A stretch of DNA of 63,978 bases, counting the filler, from Collodictyon triciliatum (taxonomy: Eukaryota): assembly GCA_043381765.1 (NCBI GenBank). It is 4 parts of 4 records of this genome, joined end to end, with 100 filler letters (N's around TTAATTAATTAA, not from the genome) between each part and the next. Parts side by side here need not be neighbours in the genome. Positions count along the whole stretch, not along the records: positions 50,872 to 59,849 come from JBHJMP010001061.1; positions 59,950 to 63,978 come from JBHJMP010001167.1; 2 more parts are not named here. The stretch is one strand, 5' to 3'. Positions 50,915-63,978 of this stretch are shown here, piece by piece. How positions within the stretch are numbered: position 1 is the first letter of the stretch; every line of letters starts with the position of its first letter. A model generated the notes under the pieces. That model was given only the letters and a program-made list of their open reading frames with translations, was not told where the DNA came from and searched no databases. The position numbers and the translations under genes were made by a program.

Positions 50915-53900
50915 CTATATTGTAAACCCAAGTGTCGCTGAGGATATTCCCAGAGAAATCGACTCCGCCAAACATGATTAAGTTTCCGCTGTCCATTCGA
51001 CAAATAGGGTGCTGAAGCCTTGTTTTCTATATTTATGTATATTTTTGTGTCATGCAGAGTCTACTTCCGCTAAATTATCAAATTAATTGCGCAAGTTAAT
51101 GATGTTATGGAAATTGCAATACAGGAACAATTCCACTAATTCCATGAGAAACAAGTGTCCTGTTTGCAAAGTCCAGGGTCATGACTGCCGAGTAGAATTC
51201 CTTCGCATCGGTTCCTGAAATTATCTGTGTCAAAGAAATCAATAATTAGACAATCAAGCGAATCGTAATCAAAACCTCTGTTTATCTTTTCAAAATACTT
51301 GGCGTGAAAATTACCCGTCCACCCCAAAGAAACACATCCGTGCCAATAATGACAGAACCCAGACCATCCCGATAAAAAGGTCTTTGAAATGCCGATAAGT
51401 CCTTGGTGTATTTTTTTTCGCTCCAATCTGACCTATCTGCCATTTCGAGATGATAAAAATAACTAATTAATAGAATTGCTATCTTTTCAAGGGAGCGCTC
51501 CTTCGTTACCGAAATCAAATATCCATAGATTCTCAGCCTGACTCCTTATCTTTGTTCTTCCCCCAATCATGTAGAGCTTATTCGACACTACCGAGATAGA
51601 TGCTCCAGCCCGCGGAGGAGGCCCCAGGTCTGATTCGATGTAAAGGCATGTCCACCTCTGGGTATCTCTGCAGATATTAATTTTTCATAGTAAAATAGGT
51701 GAGAGAACCCTTATTGCGAAAAATTTATTTTGTACCTAACAGCTCATATATGCATAGGGTCAAATTAAATGTTACAAATGTCAAAAGTCCATATGTCGTT
51801 GAGCAAGATTTCTTCGAGATATTCCGTGCTGCCGCCAAATATGACGAATTTTGAGTCGCTTATTACAGAGAATGATGGGTCAGTCCTGTGGATTGGGGAC
51901 ATCCGAATCGAAGTATCCGACCATGTTTTGACACCTGTTATTTTGATTATGATAAGTTTTCCAATCACTGCTACAGCATTTAATGAAAGAGAGTTAAATT
52001 TTGTTCGACTTTTGTCCCAAGTCCAGGCGTCATTTCCGACTAGGTTGCTTGAACCAGAGCCACCAATTATCAACAACGACGAATCGACGGAAACATATGC
52101 GGCTCCATACTTCGGGGGTGGAAACGATATCGGTAGATTGGGATTCCTCAGGCCATAATTTGCTCTGTAAACAACTCTGAAGTTTTCTGTCGGTAGAGAG
52201 AAAAGAAATTTCTTGTGTTATTAAACTCCAGTTAAGAAAAAGACTATTTGAAATCTTTGTTAAATTAAAAGGTCAATTAATACAAACTAATGTTAATGAC
52301 TATCAAATCCTGTAGAACTTCCCCCTCTCTTTTCCCTCCGAAAACATGGAGGTGATTCTGGTACAGTCCATAAGAAAACTGTTGTCTTGAAAAGTCGCAT
52401 ATGCCACCCTCTTCATTGCAAATGACGCACTGGTTTAACTCCACTGCGTGTTTCTCGAATTGAAAGATTTGCCCACTTTCTGTGATTGTGTACATGTTTA
52501 AAACAAACTTATGTGATATTCGTTATTGCACTTTAAAAGCTCTGGGGTTTATTACCATATTTAAATGAATATAATTGTCCGTTTTCCTTCGTCCCATCGA
52601 AACCACCAAATACATAGAACTCATCGTCGGACGCGGTAAGTGAAGAGAAAATCAGCCTTGGCAAATTTGTTTTTGTGCCAAATTGTTTCCAAGTGTCCTC
52701 ATCTAAATTATAGGTTTTTTTTCTCTTTCAATCAAATAAAGGACACTTCTATGTATATTTACTATTCACATTCTTTTTGTTTTATTAAGGAATTTATGAT
52801 AACTGGGCTCCATATGAAAATTATTTAAATTTAATATCATTACTAGGATTGTAAACGTAAACAGAGCTATCATAGATATCCTGTCTCTGTAAAATAAAGA
52901 AAAATTAGCATCACAAAGACTGCGCTTTGAAAATATTGTCAAAACTAAAATTATGTTAGATTTTTACGTCCTTTCCGCCGTAGACAAAAATATTGCCATT
53001 ATGCCGAGTACAGCTGGCACCGATTCTATGATGCACGTTGGGTTTCATCCTTTTCCAGGTGTTGCCATTTGCAAAAAAGAAATAAACGTAGTCATCTACT
53101 TCCTTAGTTAGACCTCCTATTAAAACACTGTAAGAGTCCATCGCAACCATACAAAAGTGCACACGGCTGGAGGGGACATCTCCATCCATCTTTTGGCTCT
53201 TCCATCTAGAATTTACTGATAGAGAGTTAATCAACAATAAATTCATATGAATATAAATTTTATATTTGTCCTGCTTATCAAAGTCATTTACCCATCTCAT
53301 TTGTGATGTACATTGAGTCCAAACTATGATATGAACCGAAAGCTTGTGTCTCTATCGATGAACTTCCTCCAACATGATATATAGTGTCATCGATTTTGAA
53401 AACTCTCCCGAACACAACCGGTGGGATATCAGTACTTATATCCATGGATTGAGATTGCAAAAGCATTGTAATGTCTAGAGAGAAATTGACACATGAATTT
53501 CGGCATTATGAATTCCATGTTCCAAAGAAATATTGATGAACAACCTATTTGGACCTGATTGGATTGTCATAATATTAGGCGTACCTTTTGAGAATTCGGA
53601 TGTCTCATCCAATTCCAGACATTTATTCTAATCATTCACTATAATTAAGTAATAGCGCGACGAGAAACAGGCTTCAACATATTGAGAATATATTTCTTGA
53701 TTCGATGGAAGTTAAGAGCCTAACCTGGTTTGCTATTGGTTGCTCAGACCCCCTCGGACATGAGATACAATCTCCTCGGAAGTTGATGTATCGATTTTCT
53801 CTGCAGATGCAGCCTTCTCTATTCGCTTCAAAGCCTTTCTTGCATGCTGATGTATGAAAATTAGACATTTATTCGTCAGTAATATAGTAAAATTCTGCCA

Positions 53901-56900
53901 AGATATTCCCTCCACTTTTCTGATTGAAATTAGAGTCTTACAGAACAACTTTATTTCGAAACCTTGTCCAGGATTTGCATCCATGGAAACTTCGAAACTT
54001 AGTATTGCAGTGTAGGAAGGAACAAAAATGACTGTTCCGTTGCTCAATGTACTCAATGGCAACTGTTATTGCATTTAACTATTACATTACCGTAATTTTG
54101 GTCTAGTCCTTGATTAACATAGGTCATATATGAATGCGACTCACGCTTTTAAAAGTTTCATCGTCAATCACGAAATCATCATCACAATCAGAACTCTTTG
54201 TCAGGCGCAGTGAAGTCCCGTTTTGCATGTCAATATCCTCAATCTTTATTTTAAAGAAAAAGGATATTTATGGTAAGGTTGTTTTATCAGTTTCTCGGGT
54301 TCCATATTGTTTGGACAAAATTTTACCACAAGGAAATTTGTGTCCTGTATAATCCATGTGCAGTTGGTTCCTGGATAGTAGAGAAAATCCCCACTCCCAT
54401 CCTTGACTGATTTTGACGCGCTATTGATATGGTACACACCAGAACACCATATTTTGCCTAGAAATGAACATGAAGGCAGAGTGAGGCTGGAAAATATTTT
54501 TTTAAGGATTCCTTCACAAGAAAACAGTATTTTTTTTTAAAAAAAAAAAGCACTTATTTCAAGTCGATAAACTGAATTCGCAGCTGATGTGTAGCTGGAG
54601 CCGTAGGTACTGATTTTTCCGCCAAAGAGGTAGATCAGACCGTTGTGTATGATTGGAGCTGATTTAAGGAGTCCTGGAGGATTCCTCGACTGGGATGTTC
54701 TATTCCACGTTCCTGAATGGACTGCACTCACATAGTTGAGGTTAATAGTTTGCAATATTTTTTACTCGAATTGAAAAATGGGTTCTATTAACCAGACATT
54801 TAATGATATTTACTGTCGTATATTGCCAGCTCATTTGATATATTTCCATCCTCGTCAAGGCCTCCAAATACATGCAAACTTGTGTAAAATCCTAAGGGAA
54901 TCATTCCATCAGCCACATCGTAGTCAACACTCCCAACATACATCCACGAACCCAAATCTGGTAATTTATTTGATTCATTATTAGTTTTCCTTTTTAACGA
55001 ATGCGTTTCACTTGTATTTTGGCTAAATTTTAAAAAATTGATATATTTGCATCAATTGTAACAAAGACCTTCACTAAAACACCATATTTCTCTGGAACCA
55101 TCCATCTCCGCCTGATAGTATATCTTGGTAGTATCGACGTAGCAGAATTCGTTATTTAGAGAAAAGCCAGATGCATCAGCGCTGGTCTTAGTCGTGCCTA
55201 CTGACCCTGGTAAAACATACCCGCTTCTGATGGACATGTCAAAAATAATGACACCTTCAGAAGTATCAGTCTCATTCAGTCCTATTCCTCCCATTATCAT
55301 AATTTTGGATCCAATGACGGCATAGACAAAAGAATGTCTCAGCCCAGCCATCTCGTGGATTTCAGAGCTCCATTCAACAATGCTCCATGTATTATTCTCT
55401 GGTTTTATTTATTTATTGTTTATTGTTTATTCATTTACTGCCGTCAGTATAACCTCAAAATAAAAATACATGTGCCGTACAAAATAAACTAGAATCTGAT
55501 TTACCCATCGAATATTGCTTCATGATCGGTGTTTCATTGTCGGGGTAGTATCCTCCAATCAAATAGAGGGTGTTGTCGAAATAACCGAATCCCTGAAAAA
55601 AATTGTCTGTTAAAAATCACGATTTTTCTTTAAAAAAAAACATGTCATCTTTAGGTGGTGAGCAATTTTTATCTATGAATAAGGCAATCCGAAACAAACA
55701 GAGTTCACGACACTTGGCGCACAATTTGATTGAGCAGGAAAACAGGTTGACTCTTGTACCATCCTTTCCCACGATTCAGAGTCTGAAGTATGATAATAAA
55801 GTATTTAGACACAGATGCAGATGATTCTTTTTTGGAGAAAAGTAATTCCATGCGACAGATTACAACCTGTGTGATAAATCCAAAGGTCATTGATGGGCTG
55901 CTCTTGGCCCACGAACACGACACCACCAAAAAGTGCAATCCTGGTTTCATCCACCGGGGTTATATGAGATAGCTCCCTACCGAGTGGGTACATCGAGAGG
56001 CTGCTATTTGACCAAGCATATAGCTCTAAAAGAAAATGATAATACATATTTCTGAATAATTTTTCTAATAGTATCAATTTAAGTACTTTCGTGCATGATA
56101 TACAACTAAATCTAGTAAAATTCGTGTATAACCTGCATCAAAAACCCAAAAATCATTCAGTCTTTTTCCATAGTATCCCCCGATTATGAAAAATTTGCTA
56201 TTGCAGAATGAACCAGATACGAAATAACGTGGGGATGGGTAGCTTATGGGATAATTCGTCTGGAAATTTGGAACCTCTGAATAGACGACATCGTACGTGT
56301 AATCCACTGACAAAATAGAATGAATTAAGTTCATATGAGCCATACGATGCAGAAAATATGTGCTAGATTGAATTTGACATAAAATAAAAAAAACCCAAGT
56401 TGATGATGACCAAATCATTTGAAACTTCTGTTCCGCCGAAATCCAGCGAGCCACCAAAAACATATAGGTGATGTTCATGGACAGAGACTGCTGCACTAAA
56501 TGCCACTGGTGTAATGCCCTCTAACTCAACAGGTTCTTGCCATTCTCGATTTGCTTTAATTTTTTATTTTTAGATTGTCAATTGAAAATATGGTTAGAAT
56601 GTGACTGAATTTTTTTTAAAAAAAAAATGAACGAAAGAATGTCCTTCAAATGATTCACAGATTAAAGAATACATATTATATTAATTCAATTTACTTAGAT
56701 TGAATTTCCAAAGAGTGGGTGAGAAGTTATAGTAATAGTCACAGCCCCCGAAGGCTACAATAGAATCCTCATAGGAAGTCATTTGGGTGTAAGAAAGCGT
56801 TGGGTAGTACTCTGACATTGGCCTAATCTTCTTCCATATTCTAGTGTCTTTTGAAGCATCAAGTTGTGCGTTAGTTTTGGACTTTATCAATGTCAGAACA

Positions 56901-57895
56901 TATAGTACAGGTTTAATAAAGGATGATACCTATGCTGTACTCCCAAAAATCTGAGACGGAATTTCCGTCATATCCACCCAATATAAAAAGGCTTCTCCCA
57001 TAGGAAGCACAGGCCATTTCCATAATAGGTCTTGGTCTATTCCTTGAAGCATATTCAATCTTCGTCCAAATGTAGGTGTGAAGGTTGAGAGAGAACAGTT
57101 CATTCGAACCCACCGAACCTTCCCATGTAACACCTCCAAACACGTATATCTTTATATCGATTGTCAGTTGATAGAATGGAGAGTATGGAATCAATGAATG
57201 TAATGAACCTCATCCTCAACCAAGTAGGTGCAATAGTATGTTCTCCTCTCTGGGATTTCTCCAGAGGTCATCACGGAGGACCACTTGTAGGAAGCTTGGA
57301 AAATTTGCTCGTATGAAAGCATGATTACGGTGATAGAATTTCGATTATCGTGTAGCGTTCATGGCGCGACGAAAAAAAAAAAATTTTTTTTCTATTCTTC
57401 TTTTCAATTTTGTGCAGGATGGTTGACGAAAAAAAAAAAAGATAAACTAACTCGTGTTTAGAGCCCACAATCTGTCAAACAGTGGTACCGAAGCGTCGTA
57501 CTCCATATTTTGCCTGTTGAAGATTTTTGTGCAATTATAGCAAACTGAGCAAGAATCTGTTTTTTTTTTTATTGAAATAGTAAACGATTATATTTATCTT
57601 ACTCGTCCCCAACTAAATATATCATCTCATTTCTGGAGACTGTGTAAACCCCCCGGAACGGGTTGGGTGAAACTGAAGAATGCTTCCATTCCACTACACG
57701 CCATACAGTTTTGATTTACAAATAAGCCATACTTTCTTTTATTTAAACATATTGAAGGGAGAAAAGGTTTTTATCACATAAAAAATTCTCTAGTGGCTCT
57801 ATACCTGCCAGTGCGACATTGAAAATGAATAGGATGACTGTGAACACCAATGACGGGCTCCCAAATAGCTCGACTGCTGGTCGAATATTTTCCAT
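50915..57895 (-). CDS. Kelch/CUB/Cys-rich ectodomain protein, paralog of the 33629-42340 receptor (3'-partial)
   Basis: Signal peptide MENIRPAVELFGSPSLVFTVILFIFNVALA, a first kelch block, then KDGSGDFLYYPGTNCTWII and CISCPRGSEQ. A second kelch block is colinear with the other gene: [21 protein letters not shown] vs [21 protein letters not shown], and [13 protein letters not shown] in both. Confidence 0.88.
57384..57424 (-). mobile_element. 41-bp family C insertion with 16-bp TSD
   Basis: GACG(A)12 at 57368-57383 and 57425-57440 flanks the reverse complement of AACCATCCTGCACAAAATTGAAAAGAAGAATAG(A)n. Confidence 0.85.
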
Positions 57896-59849
57896 GGCTA
57901 ATGGTAGAGTTATCGTGCTTTAGAAATACAATGCACTCTTAAGCCAACTTCGGGCGAAAAAAATTATTCTAAGTGCTCTCCAGAAGAAATTTTTTTGATA
58001 GAAACCCCTTTTGAGTTGATGGCGTGTTTTGCTTGTGCAGGAATAAGCAACAATTTATATTTCGTTGTATATGCACCACAGAAAATTGGACATGATTGTA
58101 AGACAGAATAGAAAGATTAATATTCTGGTATTTTATGCAGAGTACATGGCTATTATCAATCGTATAATACAGTTTCCTATGAACTAGAAGTAGGTGAATT
58201 GGTTGAAAGGGGCATTGCATCAAATTGCTAGCAGATTTTGTATGAAATGGTCAAGGTTCAGTTGTTTCATATTAATAGGAAAATGAAGCTTTGAGGTAGA
58301 GTTAATAAAAACGTAAATGGGTGATAAACACTCTACAATATATCAGATATTATAAGAGGTATTTTTAACACTTCATTTAAATAAGAGGTTTGTACAAAGC
58401 TCAAAGCAACACTTTTCTTCTTGCTCTATGGGTGATTGAATTTCTTGTCCAAGAAAAATATGAAATGCACCAACAAAAGATCAAACTAAAGGGTTAGAAA
58501 TTGTCTCTAGTAAATGCTGCTCGAACCACAATGTTCGACGAAGAAGCTGTGGGTCCGAAGGTAAGCAATCACAAGACTCTATCACAAGAAACCTTCCTGC
58601 TCTATCACGCAGCACCAGCCAAGGTGTGATGCAAGTTCCGTAAGAACCTTCGCTCGTTGGGCGGAACATGGAGGGACCGAATGAGTGGACAAGGAGAAAC
58701 CAGGGCGTCGTGGTTGATTTCTAACCCATCGGGTTGCGATAGGAACAAGCTCAGTGCGTTAAGCGATTGGGAGAGTCGTTGTTGTATGTGGCATTGAGAA
58801 AAGGAGCACGACTTCAAATAGGCTTATTTTGTGCGCGTGGCTGTTGTTCTTTCAAGGGAGTTGCACGTGCACAACCTGGGCATATTCCTATCTCGGCTGA
58901 AGGACAGCAGCGCGTGCAGCATTAGGTGTCTTTGGAAAATGAATCTTTGAGTGAAAGCAATTTGTGCAAATCATATGTCTATTTGAAAAATTCTAAAGGA
59001 AAATTGCTACGTAATATTCCTTTCGCTTTTTTCTGTTAACATAAAACCAATTCGCCTTTTTTTTTTCTGACAGTTTCTTGCAATTCGTGATAGAAAATGC
59101 TCTCTTTTTTTTTATTGATGCACTGGGGTCATTCTGATATTTCAATTGTAATTTCTTGAATGTTTTTCCCTGCGGTTTTTCGAGCATTCAAAGAAAAATA
59201 TTACGTCATATTCTGCAGGTTTTTCATTCGCGCAAGTAAAATCATTTCGTCGAATCATTTCAAGGGTATTTTCTTGGATAATTCAAAGAATAATGCTCAA
59301 TGAAACTTCTAGTTGCTCTGTAGGGCATTGGATAGATATATGAGGAAGCCCGCTTCCCATTTGTCTTTTATTTTCAAAAATCCCACGAAAGGTTGTTATG
59401 TGTATTTCCCATAAATAATTTTCGAGATTAGACAGGAAAATATGAAATCCCATCTCCCAGATGTTTTTTCTTTGAGGAGCAACCCAGAGTCGTGAGTGAT
59501 GGGTGAACCTGCCAACAATCAACTAAGGTAATCCTCTTAGTGCATCACATGTCTCTATGGAATTCCCACTGGCCCATTTGAAACGAAACTACAAGTCTAC
59601 CACGAGGCTGATGGCAGTCATGCGCGGCCTGAACGAAGACAAGAAGCTCATTAATATGAGCGAATGAGCATAATGTTAACCGCAGCACAAGACATCCACC
59701 ACGCTGCGCCCGAAGTGCCACAGAATCCAAGCGCCCTTGAAAACACTGACCGTGTTAGTTTTTGTTTTTAAACTACTCTGTGTTCCTTCGATACGCAAGG
59801 ATTTGTAAGGCGAGTTTCTCTGCGCCAGGAAAAGCTATTTGCTTTCGTG

Positions 59850-59949
59850 NNNNNNNNNNNNNNNNNNNNNNNNNNNNNNNNNNNNNNNNNNNNTTAATTA
59901 ATTAANNNNNNNNNNNNNNNNNNNNNNNNNNNNNNNNNNNNNNNNNNNN
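59850..59949. other. Artificial contig linker
   Basis: 44 N + TTAATTAATTAA + 44 N. Confidence 0.95.
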
Positions 59950-60129
59950 ATTAAATTTTAATTATTGATATGTAGTTTGCTAGAAGAGTTGGTGTTTTTT
60001 TTTTTTTTTTGGTTTGGAATATGATTACGCCATCTTCAATTGTATGGCATACTTCTTTCTCTTTTTTCTTTTTTCGCATGCAAACATAATTTTAATTTAT
60101 CTTCTTTTTTTTTAAAAAAAAAAGTTCAC

Positions 60130-60293
60130 CAGTGAATATCAGTCTTTTGTCTGGATTCATTTCCAATGGAGGCTGTAACAAAAATATCCCTTAAGTCCTA
60201 ATGGATAAATTACATACCAGAAAACTGGTTAAATATTGATGCCAAAAAAGGTAAGCTTAAATGGTACAGTAATTCATTTCAAGTTGAGTTCAA

Positions 60294-60362
<69 letters not shown>

Positions 60363-60583
60363 CTTTTCCTCCCATAGAAACTTTTTCGGTGTTCCATATG
60401 ATAACACGAAGTTCATACGGTTCAGCCGCAGGTGGTGCAAGCAACGTAGGCGGAATCTATATAAAAAGGTGAGGTTTCTCCTTTATTTTTTCCCGGCAAT
60501 TAAATATGTGATATTAATAAATAAAATAAAATAAAAACGTGTAACATTTTCCAGTCTGGAATAAATATGAGACTTCAGAAACC

Positions 60584-60614
<31 letters not shown>

Positions 60615-63600
60615 TTCCCTTGATGTGCGGCATTACCGTTTTCGCCTCTTCTACAGTTAATATCTCCAGCCACATTTCCAGCTTTCCCTGCGATTTCTAA
60701 TTAGCCTTCTTTTTCTCTCTCTTTCTCTATCTCTCTCTTTAACCTCATCGCTAATAGAAACAAGGTGAAGAAGAAAACCTGGGGGCTAGATGAATATGGG
60801 CTCCACAATGTTCGGAATTCCTTAGGTTTCATCCGCATATCTTTCCATTCATCACTGTGGTGGGATAGTTACGTTCAGTCATAATAGTAAAGTAATTCAG
60901 ATTAATTTGTCTAGTTTCATACCATTCATATATATATATATATATTATGTTTACTTATCATATCAGATGAAATGATACCAAAATAATCTATTTTCAAGGT
61001 CAACCACAGTTGTTCCTATCAATTCATCAAGTCCTATGATGGACTTATCATAGAGCGAGACTTTGAGCTCGGAATTACCTTATCATACGTATGCATGCAG
61101 CGATTATTTATCCAAAATGGTACATGTATTTTAGATTTCGTATTATATTTCAGTGAGCCAAGATTAATGTTATCGAAGTGAAGAAGTAGATAAGAACCAG
61201 GAAGGCGTGCGTTCATTTCGTAGAGCTTGTAAAAGTCTGGTTTCAGAGTCTTGGCTTTTGCATTCTCACGGTCACTGATTTTCTGATCTGAGTTGTCACC
61301 CATCGTAATGTAAACGTAGGGGTCGCAAAAACCTACAAAGAACGTTTGAAAATGTATCTATAAATATATTTTAAACAGAATTATGACATCGTGACTGGAG
61401 AAAATGATTGACAGAATGAACTTAAAAGGTTTGAGTTTGAATAGTTTCCTTTTTGTCAACGATGAGGGACTATTGCGTGTACCTGATGAATCCTTGGGAA
61501 CAAGCTGAATTCCCCGAAGGATGTAAATTCGGATTACGTAGTCAGCATCTTTGAACATTTCTTTCAGATTCGGAGATGGCGGTACGGTATGAATCTTATC
61601 TACTTCGACAATTTTGAACGACGCCTGCAATTGGGGCGTGGTTACTCACCAAAATCAATAGATATAGTACATTTTACCATGGCATTTCAAGGTAGTAAAT
61701 ATATAAATGAACAGTCCTGCGATGCATGCCTCGAGTAGGCAAAAATTATTCAAATAAGGAAGACTATATTATTCTGCTTCTTTTAAAATAATCATAATCA
61801 TAATCAAATCATAATCAAATCACAATCAAATCATAATCAAATCATAATCAAATCATAATCAAATCATAATCATAATCATAATAGTAATAATAATTGTTTG
61901 GAAGATAAAGTACTTTGATTTTTCCAACCGTTCTGGTTTTGGATATCTTCTGGTTCAGAAGTTTAAGCAGCCCAGATAAAGCGCTTGGTGGTCGTATATT
62001 TCCACTGCCAGAAAGAAATAAAATGAGGAGATATAAACAACAAAAATTATGTCAGTATACTTAGAATTATCTTTCATAATCAAATGAAGATATTTATAGA
62101 CAAGGATTTGTCTGCAATTTATTCATATTGATTTTGAGAAGCATGAGATTTTTTGGGGCTTGCCATCAATTGGGATGTATAGAATCATTACCGAATCAAG
62201 TCGTACTCTTGAAACGGTAATCTTTTCAACTCAAGTTCTAATTCATTCTTGCAGGTTTTTCTGTTTCCAAGAGGGTCATCGTCTTCCCTCTCTGCGGAAA
62301 TAATAAATATATAATGATTAGATTGTACAACACCAAAATCATATACATCGAAGCTTTATTTAGCTATCGAATCGACAAGCTGAAATATGACCTTGAACTC
62401 CTTCGAAAACAGTTTCTTCGACTTCTGGAATAGTACGTATCCCACGCCCACCGATTTCGTCACCTGTTTTGAGACAAATTATTATTATTCTTTATGAAGT
62501 GAGATACTTTCGCGCTATGTTTTTTCTTCGAGTGGATTTTTGTTTTTGTTTCTGTTTCTTTATTTCTGTTTTTGTTTTCTGTTTCTGTTTCTGTTTTTGT
62601 TTCTGTTTTTGTTTCTGTTTTTGTTTTTGTTTTTGTTTTTGTTTTTGTTTTTGTTTTTGTTTCTGTTTTTGTTTTTGTTTTTGTTTTTGTTTCTGTTTTT
62701 GTTTTTGTTTCTGTTTCTGTTTCTGTTTTTGTTTCTGTTTTTGTTTCTATTTTTGTTTCTTTTGTTTGGGCAATAAAATACCCATTAAGTTCCTAACTTA
62801 CTTCCTTCAGGTGACTGAAAAATGAGGTATTCTCCTATATGAATATTAGCCTCGGTGATATCCTCTGGGATATCGTCTTCGATATTTATCACAAATTGGT
62901 CATGGGACTCTAGAATAATCTATTAGAAGTCATTCTTATATTTAGCTTACTAGAAAACCAACAACGAAAAAAGCACATCTTATTTACATGGAAAGAAAAG
63001 AAAAAGAAAAAGAAAAAAAAGAAAAAGAAAAAGAAAAAGAAAAAAGACGCCATTTGGTAATAATACACCCACATGCGGGAGTTCTGCTTCACTAAGTGCA
63101 CCAGGGATATTGTCAACAACCCTTGGTGTTGAAGAAGATAATTCCTAGTAAAGGGACAATCCCATCAGAATTGATCTATGAGTAAAAAAAATATTACAAA
63201 TATTATCAAGATGCAATATAAATATACTACCCGGGGGTCGAGATTTGACCATGGAAGAAACGCCGCACTGGGAATAGTCACTGCACCGACGAGTGGCTTG
63301 GACTGAATTTCGATTGGATGATATTAAGAAAAAGCAAGTAGTAAAATAATACAAGCTGTCAAAACCAACTTACAGATCCTCGGAATCGAATATCATAAAC
63401 ATGGACATTTATGCATGGGGCAAATGAGAGATTCAGAGGGAAGTTCAGAGTCATTTTCAAAACCTATTTCCAGAAAGAAATAATAAGAATAAAAGAGAAA
63501 GACTGTTCAATTTTATATGTAATAATAAAAACCAAAGTAAGGCTTTTGGGCGGTATGATAATGTGATATTGAAACGGTATACTTCTAAATGGTTTGGAGA

Positions 63601-63828
63601 GGCTGCGGTGGGAAGAGTACTTGGTTGTGATGTTAAAACTTTCTCTTTATCTTTCCTGTCTCCAATATCAATTTCGACATATGAATTTTGTATGGGAATC
63701 TAATAATTATGTGGATGAGAATTCAGGTTCAGCCTTATTGTAATTATATATATATGAAATAAATATATACCAGTAAGTAAGCCAATAAGTTTCGGAGTCC
63801 AACAAGGTCCACTTCAAAAACACATTCC
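60130..63828 (-). CDS. Ferlin-family multi-C2 protein, internal fragment
   Basis: IRIYILRGIQLVPKDSSG-FCDPYV, DELIGTTVVDLENRLF, PQ-GKLEMWLEI, YELRVIIWNT and QKTDIHW are C-terminal ferlin C2 motifs. Both ends are missing. Confidence 0.88.
62538..62767. repeat. (TTTTTG/TTTCTG)n microsatellite
   Basis: Visible intronic array. Confidence 0.95.
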
Positions 63829-63856
63829 TAGATTACCATTATCATCAATATTATCA

Positions 63857-63978
63857 TTATGATTATGATTATTATGATTATGATTATTATGATTATTATG
63901 ATTATTATGATTATTATGATTATTATGATTATTATGATTATTATGATTATTATGATTATTATGATTATTATGATTATT
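63857..63978. repeat. (GATTATTAT)n microsatellite
   Basis: Visible array running to the window end. Confidence 0.95.

Noticed and set aside
50593-50915. Kelch paralog splicing into the FG-GAP exon
   Set aside because: It crosses an artificial linker, and the other paralog predicts CUB-TM-kinase next.
58480-59849. Moderately GC-rich unexplained sequence upstream of the kelch paralog
   Set aside because: No sustained ORF, splice chain, RNA-gene pattern or terminal repeats could be recognised.

Overview
AT-rich, intron-dense eukaryotic DNA with many microsatellites, read with the standard code (TAA, TAG and TGA all end genes). A CudA-like gene, kinase-cyclase-kinase receptors and a RegA-like gene suggest an amoebozoan, and COA5 implies aerobic mitochondria (both inference). 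The window is at least four contigs joined by artificial 100-bp N/TTAATTAATTAA/N linkers (25353, 50772, 59850), plus a doubtful gap at 42505. Genes reconstructed by hand from splice sites: a TPR protein, COA5/PET191, a CudA-like factor with an IPT/TIG domain, an IQ-motif protein, an ankyrin protein, an ALMT/FUSC-like transporter, a small zinc-finger ORF, a secreted M20 peptidase, a kelch/CUB receptor with kinase-adenylyl cyclase-kinase and a 3'-truncated paralog, a receiver+PDE protein with both active sites degenerate, an FG-GAP exon and a ferlin. Main observations: (1) eight 23-67 bp poly(A)-tailed insertions from three sequence families with 14-20 bp target-site duplications, with ends that often coincide with an internal hairpin; (2) a probable double pseudo-enzyme of RegA architecture with clustered PKA-type sites; (3) attractin-like ectodomains on kinase-cyclase-kinase receptors. 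All domain calls are by-eye motif recognition with no database search, and repeat boundaries are approximate.
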